From contig JAVECO010000001.1 in assembly GCA_051942205.1 (NCBI GenBank), forward strand, positions 1 to 64,000: a DNA stretch of 64,000 nt, in the 5' to 3' direction. The stretch's first letter is position 1. Each line of letters opens with the position of its first letter. The DNA is from Coniocarpon cinnabarinum (lineage: Eukaryota). The position numbers were made by a program, and so were the translations under genes. Positions 1 through 11,841 of the stretch are shown here, in pieces. Below the pieces are notes generated by a model. It was not told the origin of the DNA. It did no database searches and was given only the letters and a program-made list of their open reading frames with translations.

Positions 1-2
<2 letters not shown>

Positions 3-57
<55 letters not shown>
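3..57 (+). repeat. 55-nt poly(A) homopolymer
   Basis: Counted directly at the start of the window. Confidence 0.95.
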
Positions 58-58
<1 letters not shown>

Positions 59-149
59 AAACCGTATTCGGCATCAAAGGCTCTTGGATTTGGCATCGTC
101 AGCCGCTTTCCGGTCCAAGCCAACGCCCACTTCACGACATCCGATCATC

Positions 150-2654
150 TGCATGTTCAAAACAAGACTCGGATTCATGACAACTCTCAAAATCCGGTCA
201 CGCATCGACAACTCATCATGGTCAGACATTCCATCAGGTTGGAAGTACTTCCGCCTGCCGTATTATGCCTCTCCAAAAGCTCAGCTGTCCTTGCTCGCCT
301 TCAATTGCTTACGGTGGCCGGCATGTTCAACGCCCTCAACGGCATGGGTGTTGGCGGCCCTCAGCCCAGGTGCGCGATCCAGCAGCGTTTCTTCGCCCTT
401 TTGCACATTCAAAAAGAGTCGGATTCATGACAACGGTCAGAATGCCGCCTCGACTCCACAATCCGCCCGGGGCGGACATCCCAACAGGTTGGAGGTATTT
501 CCGCCTGCCATAGTATGCTTTGCCATACTATGGATCCCCGAGAGCTCGGTTTGTTCTGGTCGCCTTCAATTGTTTCCTACGATCAGCATGTTCAACGCAC
601 TCAACGGCATGGGTGTTGGTGGCCCTCAACCCAGCCGCACAATCCAGCCGCGCTGGCTCGCCAACTGAGCAAGCACACCCAGCGCAAATCGCAAACGCAC
701 GCGCCATGATCTTGCGCATCCGCCACAAAGGCTACCAGCTTCCCTCGTCTGTTCGCTGGTTGGTTCTATTTTTAATCTTATTCTTATCCTTATTTTTACC
801 TTTTGGAGACCATTTTTATATTCAAAAAATTCGGGTTTGCGATACCTTCAGAACCCTACTCTGCACCAACAAAACGCTTCAGACGCAGTCGCGTCATCCA
901 GCGGCGCTGGCTCGCCCACTGTGGCGGGCACGCCCGCTTTTTTCGTTGCGGAAGTCGACGCTCCTTCCAGACTGGAGGACGGCGTAGTTGCAAATCCAGA
1001 CTCGCTCTAGGAAACATCAACGCCGTCGACAGTCTGGAGGGAGCTTCCCGACTTCGACGTCGACTTCACACCGCCTACCAACCAGGCGGGTTTGCCGCGA
1101 CCACATCAAAGATATCTGCGGATATCGTCGTGGTTCCCGAATACCAGGGACACTCCATCTCTGCTATGGAGGTACAAGAGGGTATTGCTAATGGCACACT
1201 GGTGTACGCCTCCAATGGCGCGGGGATGCCAGCGAAGTCCGAGAGCACTGCGCCACGCCCTTTGGCTTTAGACAATTGGGTCAAGTACGAGAAGTTTTTA
1301 CTCATCGTATGATGAGTAGAAGAATTTTGCGTCATGGTCAGTGGCGCTGGTTTGCCCACTGTGACGGGCGCGCCCGCTCTTTCCGTTGCGGACGTCGACG
1401 CTCCTTCCACACCGGAGGACGTCGTCCAGACTCGCTCTCTGAAACATCAACGCCGTCGACGGTCTGGAGGGAGCTTCCTGACTTCGACGTCGACCTCACA
1501 CCGCTCACCAACCAGACGGGGACGCTACGCTCATACGCCCTGCTCGTCCAACCTACACAACATCAGACTGGATCTGGAGCCTCATTACCAAACCGCTCAT
1601 TTTACCACCTTCGTCTATATGCCAGAGACACCGGTCAGGACCCTGCTGCACCTAAATTTGTACTCCGGTCGGATGGATGACTGACACGAAGTCCCTCTGC
1701 CACACGCCACCACAGGCCGGGTCCTAGACTGCCTTGAATCAGACGATTGGGTCAAGCAGAATTCATTGTTATAGTGTCCGAGGCACTGAGCTCGGATGCG
1801 CTATTTCTGGTGCAAGTGGAAAGACTTCAGGCGTTGGCGGCAACACTTCTGGTGGAGATCGAAAGGATGCCGGTGGTCATGGGACTGGTGTCGGTGGAAA
1901 GTCTCCAGGAGATGGTGAAGGAAAAGATGTTACCAAAATTGGAGGTTTCAATTCTCACGCTTCATTCGACTCAGCTTAGGCTCAAGTCATCAATCCAACT
2001 AGCGGCACGATACTCCAACCGCACGTCCTAATAGTTATCTGTATTTGTAGTAGCAAGATTGTTGTACAGAAGAAAGTTATCAGAATACTACTAGTATGTT
2101 GCTCAAAATGTTGCCGCTGTTGCCGCTGTTGCTAGAAATGTCGCTTCTTTCAATAGATAGTATGGGCGTTAGTAATAGTGGTACCAATAGTATTACTATT
2201 AATGACATGCCTTATTCTAACGTTATCTCTAAGCTTCTCTGCTACTATTTTCAGTAATTAGCAATGACTGTTACTGTAACTACTAGGACGATCTTGATTA
2301 ATATCAGCCATCATATCAGGTGCCTTACCATTACTGCCTAGCTCAGTTGCTTATCATAATTAACCAATATCTTCGACACTGGAATCAAGCGATGACGGCC
2401 TCAGGCTACAAGTGTAAGCAAGACCTTTTCCATTCACCTGTGCTTTACTGATTCGTTCTAGACCCCGACAAAAAACGACTCCGCTGAAGAGCACCCCCAA
2501 AAGCACCGGCAAACAACCAGCCGGCATTGGTGAGCTGCGCGCGAGAGAAAATTCAGTAACAGATTACGGCGGTGTTCAGCGATGCGGGGCTTCATGGAGG
2601 GTGCAACGAACCAGCTCTATCAACCATGTAACTTTAGTCAGACGATTGGGTCAA
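150..2654. repeat. Degenerate repeat / pseudogene mosaic with RIP-like signature
   Basis: Diverged direct duplications ~170-390 vs ~420-655 and ~895-1090 vs ~1340-1520. Exact 17-mer TCAGACGATTGGGTCAA at 1739-1755 and 2638-2654. TpA-rich, stop-riddled patches at ~765-830 and ~2030-2380. Confidence 0.65.
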
Positions 2655-2704
2655 TCAGCATTCGTTTTCATCGATGTTGTGGTGCACAGTGGGATCCCGT
2701 CATA

Positions 2705-5700
2705 TTAGAATCCTCTACCGCCTCGTTTTACCATCGGTTTCTTGACCACACCAGATGATACAACTTTCTTGGCCGTCTTGCCAGCACCAACCCTGACAGC
2801 GTCATGTCCATTGGCCTTTGCAAGCTTCTCAGCGCGTTTTCGCTCTTCCTCGTCGAGCTTTTGCGCCTCGAGTTGGCGGTCCTTCGCCATGTTTGCCTCA
2901 ATCTCTTCTTTGCGGCTCCATTGATTCTCCCTCACGGTGGCGTCCTTGGCGTCGTATGTCTTCTCTTTTGCGCTGTAAAACACGCCACCCAGATCCGCCA
3001 GCCACATCGGATCGACAGCTGTCACGCATGACATGTACTCCTTGCTCGTGAGGACGAGCTCGTGATAGACGACGAATTCGGGCAGCACGCCCTTCGCATT
3101 AAGGGCACTTGTTGGATGCAGCTGCACGCCAACCCTTGTACGAAGAATCGAAAATTCGGTAATGCCCCGAGCGACTGCTGCTTGATGATAGTAACCAGCA
3201 CAAATAGATTTGCGGAGCGGGTCCCAATCCGCGCCGCAGGCGTTCAGTGTCAGACGCTCTTTCTTGGCAGCATCTTCAAGTTGTGCACGCGTCTGAGAAA
3301 AAATCAGCAGATAATAGGAGGTGAAGTATGTTGGACTTACTTCGGCTGCTCTTCGGAGAGACTTTGCGTGCAAGAAGAACTTGGTTGCCCATCTGTCAGA
3401 CCGCTCGCCGACTCCTTGCCACTGTTTGAACACATTCATAAGGGTGAGGTGATCACTTTCGGGCACAGCAAACCTTTCGTGAGCCGCCTCTGCTTCTTCC
3501 AGGCGCTCCTTCGGTCGATAGAAGACATTCTGCACAGAAAGCATACTCACAATAGTGAGCATGTCTGCTGCGCAGTCATACTGAGGGTCAGCGGCTGTCA
3601 GGATCATTTTAGACATGGCCGGGTCAATAGGGAACGATGACATCTTTTCCCCCAGCTTGGTCAGCCGACCCATGTTGTCCAATGCTCCTAGGGCCCACAA
3701 GTCGAAGAGAGCCGTGGTGATGGCTTCCTGAGGCGGCGAGTCCAGAAAATCAAATTCCAGAAGGTTGTCAACGCGCAGTGACTTTAGTAAAAGTACAGTG
3801 TTGGCAAGATTAGTTCGCTGGATCTCTGGAATGGTCTGCACGTAGAACTCTTCTTTGTACGCTCTCTCAGTGTAGAGATGAAACGCTCTTCCAGGGCCTG
3901 TGCGACCAGCACGACCTGCCCGTTGACCAGCACTCGCTTGCGAAACTGGAGTCATCTGTAAAGAATCCATACCGACTCGAGGATTGTAGACCTTTAGCTT
4001 CGAGAATCCAGCATCAACGACATACATGATACCATCGACTGTCAGAGACGTTTCCGCGATGTTGGTGGCTACGATGCATTTACGAACCCCTGGTGGCGCT
4101 TTGTCAAAGATTTTTGCTTGAAGGTCTGCTGGCATCTGCGAATAAATAGGGAGAATCGACAGCTTGGGTGGATCGTTGAGTTGAGTGAGACGCTCAGCTA
4201 GTATCTCGCACGTCACCTCAATGTCCTCCTGGCCTGTCATGAAGATAAGGATATCTCCGGGACCTTGAGAAACATGAATGGCGAGCGCTTGACGTACGGC
4301 GCTGTCAACATAGTCTTCGCAAGGCGATCGACTGTACTGGATATCCACAGCAAAGGTTCGTCCAGGAATAGTAAATTCAGGGGCCCCGCCAAAGAACTCT
4401 GAGAATCGCTTGGCATTCATTGTGGCCGATGTCACAATCAACTTGAGATCACGCCTTCTTGCCAGAACTTTTTTGAATAAACCCAGGAGCACATCAGTAT
4501 TGACCGTCCGCTCGTGCGCTTCATCCATGATGATGCAAGAATACTTGTCCAGATCAGGTTCAGTCAAGCACTCCCGAAGGAGGACACCTTCGGTCATATA
4601 CTTGATCTTTGTTTCTCGAGAAGTGCAGTCTTCAAATCGAATAGCGTAGCCTACAAGACCTCCAAGAGCAACGTCCATTTCTTCGCTGACACGTTTTGCG
4701 ACGGACATTGCTGCCACTCTCCGTGGCTGGGTGCATCCAATCAGCCCACGGCTACCGTATTCATCTTCAAGAAGGAATTGTGTCAGCTGCGTTGTTTTCC
4801 CTGATCCAGTTTGTCCAACGACGACTGTGACTTGATTGTCTCGAATGACTCTCAAAACCTCTTCGCGAACTGCAAAAGCGGGCAAAAACTGTCGTTGCTG
4901 CTGAATAGTTTTGGTCTTGCTGAAGTTGCTAGACCCCTCACTCTTATCTTTGAAATGTTTGGCGAATTTGCTATCGCTGGCGTTGTCGTCAGCTGCCGTT
5001 GGTGCAGCCGTGTCCATATCTTCCTCAGCGACTCCCATGATGTTTCCAAGCGTTGTTCCAGAGGCGTTCGTAGCATCTTGAGCTTGCTTTTGACGTTCCT
5101 TTTGCTGTCGGCGTTCCTTGACAACACGACTGCCTTTGCGACTAAACACTGCCATGTCGCTAGTCGAGTCTTTCACGGCGCTGACGGGCTCTAGTTGCTT
5201 GGTAAAAACAGTATGGCCTTTGAGAAAGTCTGGTCTGAGGTCGTGCGTAATAAGATGGACTCGGCGATCCTCATCTTCCTCGACTTCAGCAAAATGTTCT
5301 CGTCTTTGCGCAACTACACATATATCAGCAAGTCATCATCAAATTCCTCATGCATGGTCTTTGCCTACCACCAGACTGCAACATCCGATTGGTTTCCCAA
5401 GCATCATTGTCTCGCTGTCTTTGCATGGCGCGTGGGTTCATCCTTCTATTGTTTCTCTTCTCCGCCAGCGCCACCTCTTGCTCCTGTTGCAACCACGAGG
5501 CATCATTGCCTCCAAACGGGTTGTGAAAATCGTCTCCAAGCGCAGTGCCATCCTCTTGTCCGGCATACCAATCTCTGTCTAACTCTCCCGCGTCGCTCTG
5601 ATTGGTTTCGGCTCCATCGCGGTCAGGCGTCGAAGTGTAGGTTGATGCATGAGGAGTTGAACTGAGTTTGCGAAGAGTTAGAAACCAGCTAAGAAGTGGC

Positions 5701-5858
5701 AGGGCGGACGGTGCTCACTTTCCACGTGAATTTTTTCTTTGAAACCGGTGTTTCAGCGGTGGGCGATGAGAGACCGGCGTGGAAGACCTCTGGGAAGCGA
5801 TGCTGGGTGAAGCATCATCGTCGATGCGGCGGCGCTTGGGACTGCGGATGCTATCCAT
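2705..5858 (-). CDS. PRP16: Pre-mRNA splicing DEAH-box RNA helicase Prp16/DHX38
   Basis: Motifs [17 protein letters not shown] and QRAGRAGR. Prp16-type N-terminus (LDRDWY...[11 protein letters not shown]) recovered by splicing. ATG at 5858; introns 5662-5718, 5314-5368 and 3293-3340. Confidence 0.95.
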
Positions 5859-6743
5859 GAGAGGATGATGCTCCTAAGATGCGGCAATGGTACACTCACA
5901 ATCTCTTCAGTAAGGAGATCCCTCCACCACGCAGGAAAGAATATAAAAGGCGGTGGGGTGTCAGAAGCCTCTATCCTGTCGCCGCAAGAGCTCGCCGGAG
6001 CTCTGTAGCCTGCTGTGTGCAATGCAATCCGTGTACGTAGGTCGGAGATTGCCATAACAAGTACCTGACGATGTGAGGCTAGTCACGTGACATGTAGATA
6101 CCGGTTGAAAACAACCTTGTTGCGGTTGTGTTCGCCTCTGCGCTTGCAGCTACTTCATGCACAGCACAGCATAGTATGAGCGCAGAAGCAGTAAGGAAAT
6201 CATGAGGGGAGTTACTGGGAAATGCTCTGTCTGACACGCGCTTCCCATCAGTAAATGCACGCGAGTCCCTTGCCGTGTATACGTAGATCATGTAACGAGG
6301 TTTGACAAGAAAGGACTGCTACCATCACTGCGCGTTTCCCTCTTCCCACATCTTATCGACGTGGAAAGAGAGACTGGGACATTGTCCTCGCCAAGATTGA
6401 AGAGCACAGGAAGGAGCCAGCTTCCCCTCCTTACGGTTGCTTGCCAACCTCGCTCCTGCCTCGACTTCATACAGGGAATGCGCCGCTGCGCTTTCCAGTT
6501 GTGCTCCCATCATGGCAACGCTGCACAGCCCAAATATCTTCTTGCCGCTCATGTTGTCTTCTTTTTCTCCTTCATCATCTCCCATCCAAGCATTGCTGCC
6601 ATCCGCCTCTCGTAGCATCACTTACTCTTCAGGCCTTCCCAAGTCACTCACTTTCATTTGCTCTTCTTCAACTCCCTCTCTCTTCTCGTTGCATCCTCTT
6701 TGGGCTGTCCGGAGGCACAGTCGGTTCTTCGTTGGTTGTCAAG

Positions 6744-8252
6744 ATGAGGACCTCTTCCCTCTTACTTGCAGGCTTAGGCTCAGCTTTCGCAGCCGAAATA
6801 CCTCAGGGGTTCGATCTAAATGGAGCATGTGCTCAAGGCTGTGACAGATTGTTGAGAGACAAAACATTCTCATCGACTGAAGATCATGAGAAAGCCAACC
6901 TTGACTGCCACAACGGCTGCATGGAAATTGCTCACCTCCCCAGTCTGATCAAGAGAGGGGACGACGCCAGCATACAAGCACGCTCCATCGATACCGAAGA
7001 GTTCTACGCGGAGCTTTCGAACCAGTTCGAGACGGATCCTGAAATGGAGGGTATTTTATCAGCAATCCAAGCGCTCTTCTACTGCGCTGGGTCCTGCCAG
7101 ATGGACGACACAATTTGTGGCTGGGAGTGCTTTGCCAAGCTGATCGCCGCCGAGGACTCAAGGGAGTCTAACAAGTCCAGCCCTGCTCGACGAGCCCTCT
7201 TGGATGATGGGGACATTGATGACTTTTACACGCTGGACACGGAGCAGTCGGACCGCTCGCAACAGGTTGTGCTCTCACCTCGTCGGAACCCTGGAAAGTC
7301 TAACTCTCGCGATCTCCAACCTGGCTGCCTTGCGTCATGCAGTCGTGGAGACATCATGAAGGGCAAGTTCAAATGCGTCGATCAGTGCACGAAAAATGCT
7401 GGATTCATCAACGACAACCAAAAGCAGATCACTCGCGATTGCGTCCAACCCGTTGCTCAGGCTCTCGATGGCTACCCTTACAGACACTTCATGGACCAAT
7501 GTCAATTTGGGCTTCTCAATCGCACAATTGCTGCAACACACGCTACCCAGGTGTCACCGCGTCAAGCTCCACCTACTTCTGAAACCATTGAATGGGGCCT
7601 CAGCACCACCACCTGGGCAACCTCAGGCACTGTTGCCATGCTTGTGCCCACTGCGAAGAGCATGTCAACATCGCACTCTACGACAACAACCACTGTCATT
7701 GCCGAGAAGACTCTGACGAAGGACCGCACGAAGACAGACACTGTGGTTGCTGAGAGGACTCTGACGAAGGACCACACGAGGACAGAAACAGAGACAGCAA
7801 CCAACAGTCCGGGCTATTTCATCATGAGCCTGGATCTTCCAGTCAAGCCTACGAAGGTTCCCTCACCAATCTACACGTCTTCACCCATCGTCTCCACCTC
7901 CTATTCCACCTCATACAAGGTCTATCAGGTTTCTGAAGAGTTCAGATACCCGGAGCCCACATCGGTCATCGTCACCTCGTCGACACCCGTTCGCACAGTG
8001 CCTGCAGTGTATACTTCACCTCCCAAGCCGTCTTCCAAGTCAACAACGTCTTGCTCTTCGGACCCGCATTCAACGCTTACTGACTACACCAAGTACACCG
8101 TCAGCCAGCCCATCGCTACCAAAACGGTGGACTCTCAAGGTAAAGTTGTTCCGAGTTCTAAGCAGGGCACAGCGGCCACCAATTCGATTCATGTGGGAGG
8201 CAGCCTTGCTCTTGCAGGGCTTGTCATTGCTTTTGGGGGCTTGCTGCTTTGA
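6744..8252 (+). CDS. Secreted, probably GPI-anchored protein with Cys-rich N-terminal half and Ser/Thr-rich stalk (502 aa)
   Basis: Signal peptide MRTSSLLLAGLGSAFA, three CX3C...CX3C units, a Thr/Ser-rich C-terminal half, and a hydrophobic tail (SLALAGLVIAFGGLLL) typical of a GPI signal. Confidence 0.8.
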   Translation: MRTSSLLLAGLGSAFAAEIPQGFDLNGACAQGCDRLLRDKTFSSTEDHEKANLDCHNGCMEIAHLPSLIKRGDDASIQARSIDTEEFYAELSNQFETDPEMEGILSAIQALFYCAGSCQMDDTICGWECFAKLIAAEDSRESNKSSPARRALLDDGDIDDFYTLDTEQSDRSQQVVLSPRRNPGKSNSRDLQPGCLASCSRGDIMKGKFKCVDQCTKNAGFINDNQKQITRDCVQPVAQALDGYPYRHFMDQCQFGLLNRTIAATHATQVSPRQAPPTSETIEWGLSTTTWATSGTVAMLVPTAKSMSTSHSTTTTTVIAEKTLTKDRTKTDTVVAERTLTKDHTRTETETATNSPGYFIMSLDLPVKPTKVPSPIYTSSPIVSTSYSTSYKVYQVSEEFRYPEPTSVIVTSSTPVRTVPAVYTSPPKPSSKSTTSCSSDPHSTLTDYTKYTVSQPIATKTVDSQGKVVPSSKQGTAATNSIHVGGSLALAGLVIAFGGLLL

Positions 8253-8602
8253 TGAGCTTTCATCCAAGTCGTACATGATCTCACTGGGTGCAAGCTGTCG
8301 CGGGCGACACGACTTGGTCAAGGAAAATTGGCGGAGCTGGTGTCACGGCGTCTGGGTTGATGTGCTATTCTGGCCCGTGTACTTAACACCTACTAGATAA
8401 TGGGTTTGAGCTATTCCACCTATTTGACTTCTTTGTAGCGTTTCCAAGTCCTTGTCCAGGATTGTCATCCCTACATCCCTCAATCCTATAAGCCCTCCTC
8501 TATTCAAATCACGTGATTAGCTTGGCAAATGTCTCGCTTCCATACTGTCACCAAACCATTTCCCTGTGGACTTTAGATGAGAGCTGGTGCGGCGAGCGAT
8601 TC

Positions 8603-10104
8603 ATGCAAATTGTGTTGCGTCGCCAGAAACTACAAGTACAATACAACGCGATAGCACATCGAGGCAAACCGTATTCTGACGCGGCCGATTGGCGTCGCCG
8701 CACGTCCGCATTTCCCACTTTTCGTTCGCCTCAACCAACCTCAGCTCCAGATTCTGAGACACCTCTCGATCAGCACAATCATGTCTTGTCAGACTTGTCT
8801 GTTAACGCTCCCGGGCAGCCGCCTGGGAGCAACAACTCGCCCGGAGAAGGGAGTCCTAAGTCTGAAGAAGCCAACGCTCCAACCAGCACCGACTCCCACT
8901 CCGCTGAAGAGCTGAAGTCGGCGCGTGCCGAACAGCAGAGATCTCTTCTCGAGGAGCTATTCCCTGCCGAAACTAGTCGCGACGCGTCCGGTCTTGCAGC
9001 AAGCTCCAGATCGCGAGAGATTCCGCGATGGCCTATCGGTGGTGGGCCTGTTGAGTATGAGGAGGCCCTTCCAGAGCAAGAGGTTGAACGACCAGGAGAC
9101 GTTGAATCACCGAAGGAGGACGAGTTCAGATGGACGGACGCTCATGTACTTGTGTTGAAGAATGCAGCGAAAGGCTTGACTGAAGAGGACTTTCGCAGGC
9201 TTGTACCCGGTGGTGGTCATATCGAAGGATGGAGTACTGCGTCTGACATGATAAAAGGTGCGCGTCTTCTCTGCTCGATATGACTTCGACTTGAAAAAGA
9301 CTGACAATGAGCGCAGTGATCAAAGGGCGTGATGTCAGGACTCTGGAGCGCAACGGCGACTACTATATCCTCTTTCGCCGCCTCCATGCCGCCGAGAACT
9401 ACAAAAGATGGGTGCGCCATCTACATGCTCAAATACGCGAAAGAAGCTTGAGTTTCAGGCGATACATCCAGCCCTCACTCGCTTCCGACGACCCCATCGC
9501 CGCCATTACCCAACCAATCGGTTTCAACAAACCCGCGAGAACCTCGCCAGCAGAGGAGACGGCGCACAAAGATCCATTGGCGAACTTTACGCTAGCGTCG
9601 GCGTCGCAACGGATGGACATACGCGTTGCGAAACAGCCGTATAAGCCGTTACTATTACAGCTTCTGGAGAAGAAAGGCTATGCGCGACTCACGCGTGGTA
9701 AGATGACGGAGCATGAAGTGTTGCTTACAGTGGAAGGGCCGCAGCCTAGTTTACTAGCGTTGCAGCATGCCATCAGTGAAGATGGGAAACAACGGCTTAT
9801 GCGTTGGAATATTGCAGGGACGGTGCGAGCGGTGCGAGAAATTGCGCTGCCGCGTGTGCAACTGGGAGAAGGCGAGGGACGGGAGAATGATGCTGGGGAT
9901 GACGTAGTTGAACTTGAGAGGAGTGGGAATGGAGATGAAGAACGCAAGTGGAAGCGTGGCGTTTGGAAGAGATGGATCGTGCCTTGTCGAACGGAGAATG
10001 AGAGCCAGCGCTTTGTGAGTGCGTGGCATCGTAGGGATATTAGAGATCTATTGGGGGAGAGATGGGGACGAGAGGAGTGTGTCGTGAATGCTGAGTTGAT
10101 TTGA
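8603..10104 (+). CDS. Conserved fungal hypothetical protein (possibly mitochondrial)
   Basis: Two ORFs joined in frame by GT-AG intron 9258-9316, giving VLVLKNAAKGLTEEDFRRLVP...HIEGW...IKVIKGRD...YYILF. The start codon is uncertain. Confidence 0.7.
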
Positions 10105-10365
10105 CAATACATGACCTTTGTGATCCTCCGTGTTTATTTTCCTGTGCTTTGGCGTGGTCTGACGCTCCCCATGGACCACGTTACTCAATCACGGTCGTTT
10201 AGATTTTTAGGAGGGCTGTCTCCATCAGTTGAGCGAGTCTTGGGGTCTTTCCCAGGCCCTTTCTCAATCATGAGCTAAGCGATGAGTACGTCCCTGAAGT
10301 ACGAGCTTGGGAGACTGGCCCTTGTGTGCTCTTCGTTTTGGGTCGATGGTTCTCTTGCGGTGATC

Positions 10366-11150
10366 TTAGTCGACACTCTCGGGAAACCACCCAAATCGTG
10401 CAAAGTCCACCTGATATTCCCCCAAACTTCCTCTCGTCACTTCCACGCCTTCAGCCTCAAGCGCCGCAGCCTGTCGACCGGCCTCTTCCCGTCCACTGCG
10501 CATGTTAGCTTCATGTTTCTCCAGCCATTGAAACGTTTTAACTTGATCAGTCGTCAAGACTGTCCCACTCTTGTAGTTGCCGTACCCGTACCTTTGTTTT
10601 AAAGCTGAGGTTTAGAGAAGAAGAGAAGAGAGATGTGCTTGGAGAAAGATGGACGGGAAAAAATTGAATGGGGAAAGCGGGGAGGCGAGTACATACCGTG
10701 GTGTTACTGTCCCTTTGGCGTTGATGACACGTTGCCATGGGACGTTCTGATTATGGAACTCGACGGCTGCTTCGTGAGAGGGGAGATGTTTCAATGCGAC
10801 GCCAACCTGCCTTCACCAAGTCAACCCCACCCCTCGCAGCACAATCCCTTTCAAGCACATCCACCGCCATGCCTTTTTCTGTTCTGATCTTCCAAACTCG
10901 CTTGTGAATCTCTCTTCTCGCAGGTGCCGTTCTTTGGGCAGCTCTTGCCGGGTGAGACTCACCTTGGTCTCTCAGCTAGGTTCGCGTCAAAAAGATCGCA
11001 AATGGAGGGCTTAGAGGAAGGAAATAGTCACTTACGCGTCCCAACGAGCATTGCAATATGGCCATATGTAGTCACACGACCATGTGGAATTTTTTGAATC
11101 GTCTCATACACGGCGGCGAACCACGCGGCTGCTTCTTCAGATTGAGGCAT
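10366..11150 (-). CDS. Alkyltransferase-like (ATL, MGMT-family) DNA-damage recognition protein, 123 aa, 4 exons
   Basis: Exons 11036-11150, 10963-10975, 10697-10810 and 10366-10495 total 372 nt. They give ...VYETIQKIPHGRVTTYGHIA...PERPRQVG...VPWQRVIN, with Trp in place of the catalytic Cys of PCHR as in Atl1-type proteins. Confidence 0.9.
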
Positions 11151-11841
11151 TGTGAGCGCAAGTGAGGGCGCTTCCCGTTTTCAAGTTGAGAGACACATCA
11201 CGCTTGCTGACTTGATGTGTCACGTCTTCGCTGAACGAGGGGAGGCGAGGTTGAATCATGCGTTGCTGTGAAACGTCACGTGATGATGTCGCAAGGGGTC
11301 ATGATGGAACAATGGTGGCCCAGTCTGGCTGTATTCGCTTTGGTGAGCGAGACCATCGATTCTTGGAGGCAGCTTAGGGAGGAGAATGCAGAGGAATGAG
11401 AAGAGTCATGTTCGTTTCTGTACATATCTCGTTACATATATATATCTAAACCGTAGCAATTGTAAAGAGGAACACGTAAATGTCGTATCCTTCAAAATCA
11501 TCCAAGCTGTCCTGTGAATGATAACAGTATCGATTCACTCGCGTGGAACATGAGAGCGACTTCTATGCAGTGAAATCACCACTGCCTCTCCCATCTTGAC
11601 GGAGGTTGTTCTAGAATGATGACCTTTGAGGTAGATCCCTTTCTCAAGGTTGCGGTACGCAGGCGGCTTGTCATGTCTGCAGGACCTGAACTTCACCGGC
11701 GGAAGACCGCTAACATGATTCGTAGACAATGATTGCTCGTGATTGTTACCAGCTCGGCAAACAGAGCTCAACTCCTCATTGCATGCAACATCAGTCCTAA
11801 AGAGTGACTTGCCTCACATGGCTCATAACGGCTCCATTGGT

